This document shows positions 13,671-26,190 of a stretch of DNA of 64,000 bases, one piece after another. Under the pieces are notes generated by a model. The model saw nothing but the letters and a program-made list of their open reading frames with translations. It was not told the DNA's origin and ran no database searches. The DNA lies in contig NC_135903.1 of the NCBI RefSeq assembly GCF_964194155.1, forward strand, positions 26,660,001 through 26,724,000, given 5' to 3'. Within the stretch, counting starts at the first letter, position 1; every line of letters begins with the position of its first letter. This DNA is from Cetorhinus maximus. Taxonomy: Eukaryota. The translations under genes were made by a program, and so were the position numbers.

Positions 13671-14339
13671 GAACCCCTGAACTCCCTTTGGTTCGCCCTC
13701 GCCTCTACCTCCCTTGTCTCTCGCCTCCTCCAGTCGCTCTTCGATTCTCACCAAAATCCGGTGTCAGTCGAAGCTTCTGCTATCTATTCTCTCTCAGACC
13801 CTTTATTAAACTCTGAACGCAAAATATTTTGTATTCGTTTTATTTGTTGCTCGGGCAGAAACGCCGGATTTTGAATGTTAAGATTTCTCGCGTTAACATT
13901 TTACAAGGGACTGAACCGACTCCACACGAGCAGCCTGTTCGAAATCACAACAAAGAGATAAAAAGAAAATCTTTCCACTTGCCAGAAGGTAACCACATGT
14001 TGAGTAGAAAGTGAAGTTTCAGACAGAACACAATTGTCCTGTGTTCAATCGTTAAGAATAAACAAACCCAATCTCCTCAGAATGGCCGTTTGGTGATTTT
14101 TGCCCAGGTGAATTTGACTTTGATCAGAAAGAATAACAAATGCGTCAGTGAATGCAAATGTCTAGAACTACAGACAAACCTCATATATAAAATGTATAAA
14201 ATGGTGCAGGGTTTTAGTGTATTTCAGTCCGTGTGGGGATTTTGAAGTTGTGTATGATTCCCGTGTATTTTGAAACCTTTCTGGAGTTTAATTCTGAGAT
14301 GTATAAGAGTGAATGTATGTAGAACTCTGCGTGTGATCG

Positions 14340-15120
14340 TGCGTTTTGAAACCTGTGAGAGAATTTGCGTGTTTTGAAATGTGTGTGAAAGTTTGTGTTT
14401 TGAAATCTGTATGTTTGTGTTTTGAAATGTGTGTGTGTTTGTGTTTTGAAATGTGAGAGTTTGTGTTTTGAAATGTGTGTGAGAGTTTGTGTGTTTTGAA
14501 ATCTGTGCGTGAGTTTGTGTTTTCAAGCCTGTGTGTGAGGATTTGTGTTTTGAAATCTGGGTGTGTGAGTTTGTGTTTTGAAATCTGTGTGTGAGAGTTT
14601 GTGTTTTGAAATGTGTGTGTTTTGAAATGTGTGTGTGTTTGTGTTTTGAAATCTGTGTGTGAGTTTGTGTGTTTTGAAGGCTGTGTGTGAGAGAGAGTTT
14701 GTGTGTTTTGAAATGTGTGTGAGAGTTTGTGTTTTGAAATCTGTGTGTGTGAGATTGTGTGTTTTGAAGGCTGTGTGTGTGATTTTGTATGTTTTGGAGG
14801 GTGCGTGTGTGAGTTTGTATGTTTTAGAGGCTGTGTGTGTGAGTTTGTATGTTTTGGAGGCTGTGTGTGAGAGTTTGTGTGTTTTGAAGGCTATGTGTGA
14901 GAGAGTTTGCATGTTTTGAAGGCTGAGAGTTTGTGTGTTTTGAAGGCTGTATGTGAGAGTTTGTGTGTTTTGAACGCTGTGTGTGTTTGTCTGTTTTGAA
15001 AGCTGTGTGAGTTTGTGTTTTGAAGGCTGTGTGTGAGAGTTTGTGTGTTTTGAACGCTGTGTGTGAGAGAATTTGTATGTTTTGAAGGTTGCGTGTGTGA
15101 TCATACGTGTGTGTTTTCAT
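14340..15120. repeat. TG-rich minisatellite, degenerate ~20-32 bp units (gtgtgagagtttgtgtgttttgaa(gg/at)ct)
   Basis: Roughly 30 recurrences of TTTTGAA-like anchors separated by (TG)n/GAGTT spacers. This produces the low-complexity H/T/K/Q and C/V ORFs in the track. Confidence 0.95.
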
Positions 15121-16429
15121 TGCGTGTTGAACTGGTCTCAAGGAGGGTTTCTCGTGGGGAAGCTGCAACTATACAAACAAGGTCAGAGAGAGGAAGCTAA
15201 CTTTTCCAGGTGAGGGCTGGGAATGCCTTCCCCACCTTAGAAGAAAGAGCTGAAAACAGAACATTTGATGCTGTCAAAGTGCAGCAATTTATATGCAAAA
15301 TTGCGCAAATTGCATCTTAGAACTGCACACGAGAATGAGGACTACGCTAAGTTAAGAGTTACTCCAATTTTCAGAGTGACCCACCTCTTTATAATAATCT
15401 TATGCAGCCAAACCTTGCTATTAGATACAAGATTGAGTGGTTACAGCCCTTGGCTAGATGATTAACATTAATCCTGCTTTGTATCATAACTAACTGCATT
15501 ACTATATGCAAAAGTAGTCATTATAGCGCCTATTAATTCATGAAGTCTTTTGACCTGAAAAGCAGGAATCTTTGAATGAGCAATAAAAAAAACATCACTA
15601 TTCCTGTACTTTCAAAGCAGTATTCAGCTTTATTGCATTTTTTAAATTGTTAGGTTTCACGTTATAAAAATATAATTGCGATTAAAAGCAAATGTGAGTT
15701 TCCTGCAAAATGTACTTTACAAGCCTGACTCGATGAAACAAAAGTTTGATATAAATTGCATTTGTTTTGTACAAAGTATTCTTGTATATTTTAAAGTAGC
15801 GGTCATTTGATGGACCGTCGGCCCAATAGACTCTTGCTTCCATCCCTTTCTAACCCCTTGTCTCAGTGAGAAACCAAACCGCTGCCACTTTCATTTTGTT
15901 TGGGGTGACTTTCAATGCGTTAGTTTCCTTCCTCCGTCGTCATCTCATCTCCTCTCTTCGTTCTCGCTTTGCTCAATGGGCTTTGGTGAAATTCAGTTTA
16001 AAAAAAACACCCCATCTAGACCTGCGCCAAGGAGCAGGCACCGGCGCTTTGTGAACCGCGAATCCACGTAATCTAACGAATGAAGAAGTGTGACTGGAAA
16101 AGCGGTATTTCGAAGAAATTAAGAGGTACCGATTAAAAACACACTGTGACACTTTCAGACCACACCTGAGCTTTCGTAGAACGGATTTCTAACAAAGTTA
16201 TGCCTTTGTATTTACTGGGAAAATGCAAAACCGACCTGAAAATTCTTGTAATAAGCTAAGTTTTTGGAGAACAGCAAATAAAGATTGAACACCCAGTATC
16301 CTGCCCGACTCCGTTTTCTTAATTAAAGGTGAAATTACTTTCTGCTCCCGAATCTCAAACTTTAATAATCATCAAAAAGAAAAGCTTGAGTTGTAAATGA
16401 TCTGAAATCTTACTTCTGAAATTACACGG

Positions 16430-17184
16430 TATTGCATGAAACATTGTTTATTCAATCAAAACTGTAACTTTGTATTCAATTAAAAACTCGAAACTACACC
16501 GTATGTATATATAGTTTTAACATATCTTTTTAACTGTATAGTATATTTGTCTCGTTATATAGAGAGGCCACTACCTTAAATATAGAGAGATTGATTTTAC
16601 TTGAAGGCTATTGTTAAGCATCTGACTTCTGTTTGAGGGGAATATTTATTTCACGGTCGACTGCCTCACTGCTCCTCAGGGAGCTATAAATTCACCAAAA
16701 CTCGACTGCAAAACACACCAAAACTTGGTAAAACTTCGCAATGTGCATTTATTATAAAACACAGAACGCCATATAACTTTTCTTAAAATAATAAGACGGT
16801 TCACAACATTCAGAGCTCATTCTCCGGAAATAAAGTTCCGTTTCCAATTAAAATATAAAAAATAATATTTCACAACAAAGCTCTGTGTTTATATCTCTTA
16901 GTCCGCGGCTTTCTTCCTTTTTTTTAAAAAAAAAAGACATTTCCCCAGTCCCGCCACACGATATACGGTGGAATTGAAGCTCTACAGAAGACATGCAAAT
17001 AAATAGATGACATTGGATCCACAGACTAACGTCGTCTGATGTCCCAGTATATTTATTTCTAGGTATTCTCACGTCCATAGCCCCAGCTTGGTAGTTAAGT
17101 GCTCTTGACTTTTGCTTACGCTAGGCCAACTTTAAAATGCTCCTGGTGCATTGTGTAGAGATCCCACGTAGCATATTAATGTGC
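16430..17184 (-). other. Putative non-coding last exon (3' UTR) of the Twist gene
   Basis: Minus-strand acceptor ttctccctttgacttacag at 17185, AT-rich UTR, minus-strand AATAAA at 16447-16452 (others near 16645 and 16748). Vertebrate Twist genes have a non-coding second exon. Confidence 0.5.
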
Positions 17185-18244
17185 CTGTAAGTCAAAGGGA
17201 GAATGGTTTCGATCATTTAAAAATTAGAGGGGAGGTGGGGGGTGGAGGGGGTTTAAAAAACATACCTGAAGTAAATTCTAACTCCCCAGCCTGTGACTGA
17301 GCGCCTTTGAAGAGTTCCAGATCTTTTCAGTAATAAACCCGAATGCGGAAGTTTTTGGCTTTACAAATAAATGAAACTATAATGAATCCCGACAAGCAGC
17401 TATTTACATCTATTTCTTTTGGTTGGAAGTAAAACAATGAAACACATCATTATGAAAAAAAATTCTAGAAGATGTATTGACTTGAACTGGAAAATGAGTG
17501 AGTGAGTGAGTGAGTGAACATGTTTAGCAGTATCTAGAAGTGTGTGTGTGTGCAGATTGATTTGGATGCTCAGAGTTCACATTTGCTGAAGGTTTGGGAG
17601 GTGGGGAGGGGGGGGCAGGGGCAGGAGGAGGAGGAGGAGGGGGTGGGGGTCCAGAATGGTTGCATTCCTCCTAGTGTTTGCTTAAACTCTCTTTCACGCT
17701 ACGCCGGGGCCAATTCCAATAAATACTCGCGACAAGGGGAGAGGGGCTTACAAGTGGAGATCGTGCCTACTTGTTGACTTTCACAACCTGAAAGTGTTGA
17801 CTGATCAAACAATGTATCATTAAAAGCCCTTGTTCATCCAGCCGGGGTGGTGGAGGTAGGGGCGTGCAGGGGAGGGGGGAAAAGAAAAAAAAAATACACA
17901 CAAAGAGAAATGTTACGCAGAAAGCATTAAAAAAAAGTAAAAATTCAGGCAGCGAAGGCAAAATATACACATTCCCATAAAACAAGAGGGAAGCGGGGAA
18001 GGAAAGAAGTACTCATGCAGCTGGAAACGCTTGAAACTGAGATGAAAGACGCTTATTATTGCTAGATGTTTGTTTAAGCGCCTCTACGTTGCAGGAGTTT
18101 TACATGTGGCTGTCAGTCTGTCTATCCAGCTGCCTATTGTGTTTATATATCAGTCGAAACAACGGAGACTTTTCAAAATATCTCGATGGCGATGTGACCA
18201 CCCCCCACCCCCCCATCTCACAATTACCTGATCAGCAGCAAATG

Positions 18245-18718
18245 CTAAGGTCCAGCAGACAAGGGCCAGGATTCTTCCATCCTCCACACAGAAAATGCAT
18301 AGCTGAGTCTTTCGTGTGAAAGGTAATTGCAGCTTGTCACCTTACTATCCATCTCGTCGTTCTGCAGTACCTGGTAGAGGAAGTCGATGTACCTGGTGGC
18401 CAGTTTCAGGATCTGGATTTTACTGAGTTTATCTGAAGGCAGAGTGGGGATGATTTTCCGAAGAGTTGCAAAGGCATCATTCAGGGATTGTGTCCTCTGA
18501 CGCTCCCTCACGTTGGCCACGACTCGCTGCGTTTGAATGTCTTCCAAGCTCTGGGCAAGGGGAGAAATCTTCATCCCTTTCTTGCCGGTGCTGGGCCTTT
18601 GAGCCCTTTGGCCCGAGCGTCTCTTTCTGCCATTTCTCTTCTGCTGTGAGTCCTGCTCTTCCTCGCTGTTGCTTGAACTGTCCACGGGAGAAAACGGGGA
18701 ATTGGAATCCTCCTGCAT
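18245..18718 (-). CDS. twist3-like: Twist-family bHLH transcription factor, Twist3-type residues (157 aa from MQEDSNSP)
   Basis: N-terminal SPxSPVDS-S-NSEEE motif, basic NLS (KRNGRKRR), b[58 protein letters not shown], and Twist box [13 protein letters not shown]. Intronless CDS with donor CAG|GTAATT 17 nt after the stop (18228/18227). Family certain; paralog identity inferred. Confidence 0.97.
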   Translation of the reverse strand: MQEDSNSPFSPVDSSSNSEEEQDSQQKRNGRKRRSGQRAQRPSTGKKGMKISPLAQSLEDIQTQRVVANVRERQRTQSLNDAFATLRKIIPTLPSDKLSKIQILKLATRYIDFLYQVLQNDEMDSKVTSCNYLSHERLSYAFSVWRMEESWPLSAGP

Positions 18719-18719
18719 G

Positions 18720-19100
18720 TTGCGTCCCACCAAACTTTTTTTTTAAGGGCTGTCGTCAGCAAGAGAGGCGACGGGGGGAAGAGAGAGAGAGAGAGAGAAA
18801 ACAAAGTCTCTGTGAACAGAAATTATGAATTTGTAAAAATAAACAAACTTACAAATGTGTCTTAGCAACTTTAGTCCCAGTGGTCCTAATTCTTCTTTCT
18901 GTCTTTCACTGTTTTCGTGGGGGGGTTTTAGCTTTCAAGATCCGAGAGAGGGCCCACATCCCGGGGAAGCTCAGAACTGATTGGGCCACATTCCCTCTAA
19001 TGAGTGGGAGTATTCTCTTGGCAAACGGTGCAGAAAACACCCACTAACATCTGTATAAAATCAGCCCGCGGATCAACTCCCATTTTTTTCCAAAGCGAAA
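18720..19100 (-). promoter_or_regulatory. Twist 5' UTR and proximal promoter
   Basis: (CT)n tract at 18779-18798 in the 5' leader, minus-strand CCAAT box (gattgg) near 18980, local CpG enrichment. TSS not determinable. Confidence 0.45.
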
Positions 19101-20056
19101 AGTTGATCTTAAAGGATATTTGGTGGAATCCAGACGGATACAAAACGTTTCATGTAACGAGATTTGCACATTAAACCTCTGCCAGGTGCTGGCCAAATCG
19201 GGAGGAAATGGCGATTTGGTAACAAAATAAAAGGAACGGTTGCTACATGGAATTTATAAATTCGGACTGTGAAGTATATTTCTAGTTACACTTTAATTGG
19301 CTGGTTGCAGTTTTTTTTTAAAAAAAAAAATTTGTTTTAAATGGTGTTAGGGAAATATTCTGGTGATGTCGCGTTGAAAACCGTCCACCAGTTATGAAGC
19401 GCTCTATTTATAATGTTCTCTTGACTCTATCAGTACGAGTTGTGTTCATGGCGTTAACGTGCATTATTCCTGAATGAATTTTGTACTTGATCAAAAGACG
19501 CTCCCAGGAAAGTTCTGGATTATTCTGCTGCAAAGTGTGAATTAATGCATCTCAATTCTTGTTCTTTGCTAAATCTGGGCAGCCTCAATGGAATATGTAA
19601 ATTAACACACATTCCGTGGTTTTCAGTCATATATTATTTTGGCCTACTCCAATTATTAAAGTCAGTTTAACTACAAAACTCTAATTCTGCTTGCAGTGCT
19701 GGAGATTTAGACTCCCATCATGTCTCTGTGCTGTTCCTCATTGTGCGTTTGTAACGCATTGGGGAATCGGCCCATGTTCGGAAGTCAGTGGAAGAGTTGG
19801 GGATTTGAGGCAAACCATCTTAAAATCCAACTTCAGGTTACTCCCCACAACCCCCTAACCAACAGCCTTCACCCCCACGTTGTTTTATTACAGGAATTCT
19901 TTGACAATTGCAAAGTGGACAGCAATGGTTTTTTTTGGAAGAAATTCTAGAGGAATTATGTGTTTTTAGTCACTGGACATAGTCTGGGGTGAGACAAGGG
20001 AAACTTGACCCAACACATTTTGTGATGTTTAACCATTAATCTTGTCTGTGTAGATC

Positions 20057-20076
20057 ACTGCGCCCCCTCGCGTCCA
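20057..20076 (-). promoter_or_regulatory. CTCF binding motif
   Basis: Minus strand reads TGGACGCGAGGGGGCGCAGT, a close match to the CTCF core CCGCGNGGNGGCAG/CCASYAGRKGGCRC, with CpGs retained. Confidence 0.65.
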
Positions 20077-20569
20077 TTCGGGGGATAGGCTACATCTGGC
20101 AACCGGAAGGTCGTGATCAGAAAGGTAAAGGTTTGTACTTTTATGTCACTTCTCAAAACCGCCTTTATAAAATCGCATAAGCAGCAAAAGGCCACTCAAT
20201 TTGTTTTTGGGTGATGCGGGTTGAGTAAAGGATGTTGGTCAGAACAGCCTGTTCTTCACCTAATGTAATTAGGATCTTTAATGATTACTCTAACCACTGG
20301 AATAGACAGATGGTATTGATTTAATGTATTATTACATTAAACCAACTACAGGGTAATTAAGGATGGGCAGCGGCAATGTCATCCACCTCCCAAGAACACA
20401 ATTTTTAAAAAGTTGGTTTCATACAAGCTGATGAAAAAAATTAACTGTTTCAAGTGAAGACTAACATTATTTTGTCCTATCAAGATAAAACTCAAGACTT
20501 GAGGTTGGCTGGTTGGACTAACAAGAGATTTGTTCAGCTTTATCCCATGGGAGTGCGGCATGGGCACAG

Positions 20570-23500
20570 AGTATGAAGTTGGGAGTTTAGTGAGTGAGGG
20601 AGTTCAGTGTAAAGGGGAAGGAGGTGCACCTTTCTGTTTTTACCTTTTTCAGTGTCCAGTAGCTGGTCAGTTTTCTTCCTTTGTCTCCAAGCAGGATTGG
20701 TCAATGTGAATCCACTGTGGAGGACTATGTGTAAGTAGCTATATAATAGAAAAATGTAAAAGTAACCCTTAACTACCTACAGGAGAACAGGAGTAGGAGC
20801 TGATTGGTGAGTGAGAGTCTGTAATTCTACATTCTACTAGCATCTAGTTTAAAAGTAAGGTTAATGTATGGCGGGGCAGCACAGGCTGAGTGGAATGTGC
20901 CTCCTGTGGTATGTGGGAAGTCACAGACACTTCAAGTGGCCTTGATAAACATGTCTGCAGGAAGTGACTCCAGCTGAAGAAACTTGAGCCCCAGGTTTTG
21001 GAACTCAAACAACAGCTGGAGTAACTCTGTCACTCATCAGATGTGACACATTTGCGAGGCTGAGGACTATGTGGATAATTCGCTTAGCGAGATGGTCACA
21101 CTGCAGGTTACAAGTGTGCGGGATGAAAGGGAATGGGTGACCACCAGAAAGTCGATTAGGACCAGGCAGGTTGTACACGAGTCCTCTGAGTCTATCTTGC
21201 TTATGAACCGGTTTTCCATTTTAGACCCTGGTGAGGGCAATGGTCCCTCATTGGTGTGTCGCAAGATCCAAGTTTGGTGCACCATGGGTGGCTCAGCTGC
21301 ACAGGTGGGAAGGAAGAAGAGTGGAAGAGAAATAGTGGTAGGGGATTCAATAGTTAGTGGAACAGACAGGCATTTCTGTTGCCATAGATGGTCTGTTGTC
21401 TCCCTGGTGCCAGGGTCAAGGATGTCACACAGTGGCTGCAGGAGATCCTTAAGGGGGAGGGTAAACAGGCAGAGGTTGTGGTTCACATTGGTACCAATGA
21501 CATAGGTAGAAATAGGGATGAGGTCCTGAAAGCAGGTTTTAGGGACCTAGGTAAGGCATTAAAAAGCAGGACATCAGAAGTAGTAATCTCTGGATTACTA
21601 CCAGTGCCTCATGCTGGTAAGCATAGTAAAAGGTTAGAGCTGATGAATGTGTGGTTGGAGAGATGTGCAGTAGGGAGGGCTTCAGATTCCTGGGGCATTG
21701 GGATTGGGTCTGGGGGAAGGCAGGACTTGTACAAATCGAATGGTTTGCAACTCAATAGAGCTGAGACCAATATCCTTTCCAGGAGGTTTGTTAGTGCTGT
21801 GTTTGCTAGTTTGGCAGGGTGATGGGAACCTGAGGGTAGACTCAGGTGGCACAAAATCAGAAATTGAAATGGAGTGTAAAAGGTTAGTGAATGAGTCTGG
21901 AAGGCAGAGGAAACAATGGATAGAAAATTCTAAAAAAAGAGTTTGGCAGTGCTCAAGGGTATATACTTCAATGTAAGGAGTATAGCAAGTGAAGCAGACA
22001 AGCTAAGGGCACAGATAGAAACATGACAATACGATACTATAGCCATTACAGAAACATGGCTTAAAGAGGAACAGGAATGGTAGCTCAATATTCCTGGTTA
22101 CAGGGTTTTCAGACGAGATAGAGAGCGGGATAAAGGAGGAGGAGGGGTGGCAATTTTGGTTAGAGAAATAATTATGGCTATGCGGAGGGTTGATATGTTA
22201 GAAGGATCATCATTTGAGGCCATATGGCTTGAGCCTAGGAACAAAAAAGGGCAGTCACACTATTGGGAGTGTACTATAGACCCCCAAACAATGAGAGGGA
22301 GGTAAAAGAGCAAATATGTTGGCAAATCTCTGAGAGGTGCAAAAGCAAAAGGGCAGTAAATGTAAGGGATTTTAACTACCCCAATATTAACTGGGATAGT
22401 TTTAATGTGAAAGGAATGGAGGGAACAGAATTCTTAAGGTGCATTCAGGAGAACTTTCTTGGCCTGTACATAGCAAGTCCAACAAGAGATGGCTTGGTTC
22501 TGGACTTAGTTTTAGTTAATGAAGCCGGGCAGGTGGAAGGAGTGGCAGTGGAGGAGCATTTTGGTGGTAGTGATCATAATTCAGTGAGTTAAAACATAAT
22601 TATGGAAAAGGACAAAGATAGAACTGGAGTTGAAGTTCTAAATTGGGATAAGTCCAATCTTACTAAGCTGAGAAGTGATTCAGCAAAAGTGGACTGGACA
22701 CAGCTACTTGAAGGTAAATCCGTGTCAGAGCAGTGGGAGGCATTCAAAGGTGAGATTCAAGGGGCTCAGAGTAAATATGTTTCCCCCCAAAAAAAGGTGG
22801 GATGGCCAAATCTAGAGCCCGCTGGATGTCAAGGAGCTTACAGGATATGATGAGGCTGAAAAGGAAAGCTTATGTCAGACACTGAGAACTCAATACTACA
22901 GAAAGCCAACAGGAATATAGAAAAAAGAGGGGTGAAATCAAAAAGGATATTAGGAAAGCAAAGAGAGAGCATGAAGGAAATATTGGCAAGCAAAATCAAG
23001 GTGAACCCAAAGATGTTTATCAATACATTAAGAGTAAGAGGATAACTAACAAAAGAGTAGGGCCCATAAAAGATCAAAAAGGTAACCTATGTTAGAGGTG
23101 GAAGATGTGGGTATGGTTCTTAATGAATATTTAGTGTCTGTCTTCACAAGAGGGGGACAATGCAGACATTGTAGTTAAGGAAGGGGAGTGTGAAATATTG
23201 GATGTGATAAACATAGGGAGAAGGGAAGTATTAATGGGATTAGCATCTTTGAAAATGCATAAATCATCAGGGCTGGATAAAATGTACCCCAGTCTGTTAA
23301 AGAAGCCAAGGAGGAAATTGCAGAGGGCCGGTCAGATTCACCTCAGAAGTAGGCAAATTATTGGAACCAATTCTGAGAGACAGGATAAACTGTCACTTAG
23401 AAAGGCATGTATTTGTTAAAGGAAGGTCGTGTCTGACTAACTTGATTACATTGTTTGAGGAAGTAACAAGGAGGACTGATGAGGTTAGTGGAGTTGATGT

Positions 23501-24685
23501 CGTTTACATGGATTTTAGCAAGGCTTTTGACAAGGTCCCACATGGCAGACTGGTTAAACAAAAGCCCATGGGATCCAGGGGAATGTAGCAAGCTGGATAC
23601 AAAATTGGCTCAGTGACAGGAAACAAAGGGTAATTGTTGATGGATGTTTTTGCGACTGGAAGGCTGTTTCTAGTGGGGTTCTGTAGGGCTCAGTACTGAG
23701 TCCCCTGCTATTTTGTAGTATAGATTAACAATTTGGACATAAATGTAGGGGGAATAATCAAGAAATTTGCAGATGACATAAAAATTGGTCATGTAGTTGA
23801 TTGTGAGGATAGCTGTAGCCTGCAGGAAGATATCAATGGACTGGTCAGGTAGGCAGAAAAGGGCAAATGGAATTCAACCCAGAGAAGTGTGAGATGACGC
23901 GTTTGGGGAGGTCAAACAAGTTAAAGGAAAACACAATAAATGGGAGAATACTGGGAGGTGTAGAGGAAGTGAGGGACCTTGGAATGAATGTCCACAGATC
24001 CCTGAAGGTAGCAAAACAAGTTGATAAGGTGGTTAAGAAGGCATATGGAATCCTTGCCTTTATTAGCCGAGACATGGAATATAAGAGCAGGGAGGTTATG
24101 CTGGAACTATATAAAACATTAGTGTGGCTACGATTTGAGTACTGTGTGCAGTTCTGGTCACCTCATTACAGAAAGGATGTAATTGCATTAAAGAGGGTAC
24201 AGAGGAGATTTATGAGCATATTACTGGAAAATTGCAACTATGAGGAAAGATTGGATAGGCTGGGGTTGTTTTCTTTGGAACAGAGGACGCTGAGGGGAGA
24301 TTTGATTGAGATGTACAAAATTGTGAGGGAGCCTGGACAGAGTGGATGGGAAAGGCCTATTTACCTTAGCAGAGAGGTTAATGACTAGGGAGCATAGATT
24401 TAAAGTGATTGGTAGAAGGATTAGAGGGGAGATGAGGAAAATCTTTTTCACCCAGAGGGTGGTAGGGGTCTGGAACCCACTGCCTGAAAGGGTGGTAGAG
24501 GCAGAAAACTTCATCTCATTTAAAAGGTGCCTGGATGTGAACCTGAAGTGCCATAACCTGCAAGACTACAGACCAAATGGTGGAAAGTGGGATTAGGCTG
24601 AGTGGCTCGTTTCTTCAGCCAGCACAGACACGATGGGCCAAGTGGCAACCTTCTGTGCTGTAAACTTTCTATCATTGTAATGTTT
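20570..24685 (+). mobile_element. Near full-length degenerate CR1 LINE (5' UTR, ORF1 zinc-finger plus SGNH esterase, ORF2 APE plus RT)
   Basis: ORF1 has CASCGMWE, VVGDSI and VVHIGTND. ORF2 has endonuclease GVYYRPP and SDHN, RT VVYMDFSKAFDKVPH and FADD, and C-terminal EYCVQFWSP and FFTQRVVGVWNPLPE. Many stops and frameshifts. Confidence 0.95.
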
Positions 24686-24819
24686 TGCTTGAAATGTTGT
24701 TTCCACAGAAATGTATGTATTGTTGACTCTCCCTCCAGAAGCCTTGTAAGGAAGAACTACACACCTTTTACTGATTTAGTTTAGGTTATCCTTTAAAATT
24801 TATTCCCCAAACAACATCA

Positions 24820-25000
24820 CTAAAACAGATTATCCTCATTACATCACTGGATGTGGGGCCTTGCTGTGTGCAAATTGGTTGCTGCATTTCCTGCATTACA
24901 ACAGTAACTAAAATTCAGAAGTACTTCATTGCCTTGTAAAGCATTTTGGGACATCTGGAGGTCACGAATGGCATTATATAAAGGCAAGTCTTACTTTTTA
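24820..25000 (+). mobile_element. DeuSINE-like 3' fragment
   Basis: ttgctgtgtgcaaattggttgctgc...tatataaaggcaagtc; matches the tail of the 37400-37740 copy. Confidence 0.55.
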
Positions 25001-25139
25001 TTTGAAGGATAGGCTTCCCCATGACTACACTGGTATGTTAGCCATGTTTATGTCTTCAAGTCCTGATTATGGATTCCAATCCTACTCCTTCTGACCCATA
25101 AATGAAAGGACAGATTGTCCCTTCCGTTCTGAAATGTAA

Positions 25140-26190
25140 ACCAAGGTCATTTCAAAAGGCATCGACAAAGTGCCACATAGTAGTCTCATGACCAAGGTCA
25201 GAGAACGTGGAGTCACAAGACATGTAGTGGAATGGATAGGAAGCTGATTACAAACAGAAAACAGGGGTTAAATGTAGCTATTCAGCCTGGCAAAAGGTGA
25301 TAAGCGGTGCTTTCAAGTGATTGGTGTTGGGACCACTGATGTTCACAATTTACATAAATGATTTGGCTTGTACAATTTCAAGATTTGCAGATGACATCAA
25401 ATTGGGGTGGGTATAGTTAATACTAAGGAAAAATGTGGCAAAATACAAGAAGACATTAATGAACTTGTAGAATGGTGTGCAAGCAGAAAATTCATTTTAA
25501 TACATATGTTTATAATGGTGCATTTTGGTAGGAAGAGTAAGGAAGCCATATATTGTTTAGATAATAAGGGTCTAAATGGGGTAGAGGAGCAGAGGGATCT
25601 AGGGGTACAGGTGTACAAATCACTAGAAGTAGTGAGACTGGTCAATAAAGCTATTTTTTAAAAAAAGGCAAACCAAGCAATGGGGTATATTTCTGGAGAG
25701 CTTCTCTGTTATCCAACTCTATGTTGAACTTGTATCAAACTTTGGTTAGACCTCATGGAGTACTGTGCTCATTTCTGATCTGCATATTATAGAAAGGATA
25801 CAAAGGCACTGGAAAAAGGTGCAAAAAAGACTCTTAAAGATGATACCAGAACTGAGAGGATATGCTCATCAGGAAAGGCTGAACAAGCTGGACCAGTTTT
25901 CTCTAGAACAGACAAGTTTGAAGGTTGATCAGATGGAGGTTTTTAAAATTATGGAAGATGTAGAGAAAATGTTTCCACTTGCAAAGTCCAGAACTAGATG
26001 TCATAAATAGAAAACAGTCAGCAATAAATCCAATAGGAATTTCAGGAGAAACATCATTACCCAAATTTTGGTTAGAATATGGAACTTGCTACCACAAGTA
26101 GTTGAGGCAAATAGCAAAGATGCATTAGCTAGACAGAGGGAGAAAGAAATGGAAGGAAACACTGATAAGATTGGCTGGAGAGGTTGGAAA
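25140..26190 (+). mobile_element. Degenerate CR1 ORF2 3' fragment
   Basis: DKVPH, FADD and EEQRDLGVQV remnants homologous to the CR1 at 23500-24600. Confidence 0.85.

Noticed and set aside
14224-15168. Long H/T/K/Q-rich and C/V-rich ORFs (up to 193 aa); superficially CRISPR-like periodicity
   Set aside because: They are translations of a TG minisatellite. There are no unique spacers or cas genes, and the DNA is eukaryotic.
18719-18733. ORF-track start MVGRN for Twist
   Set aside because: Non-ATG start. The ATG at 18718 gives the family-typical MQEDSNSP N-terminus.
18059-18828. Overlapping ORFs antisense or out of frame to Twist
   Set aside because: Shadows of the Twist CDS and the (GA)n tract, with no recognisable domain.
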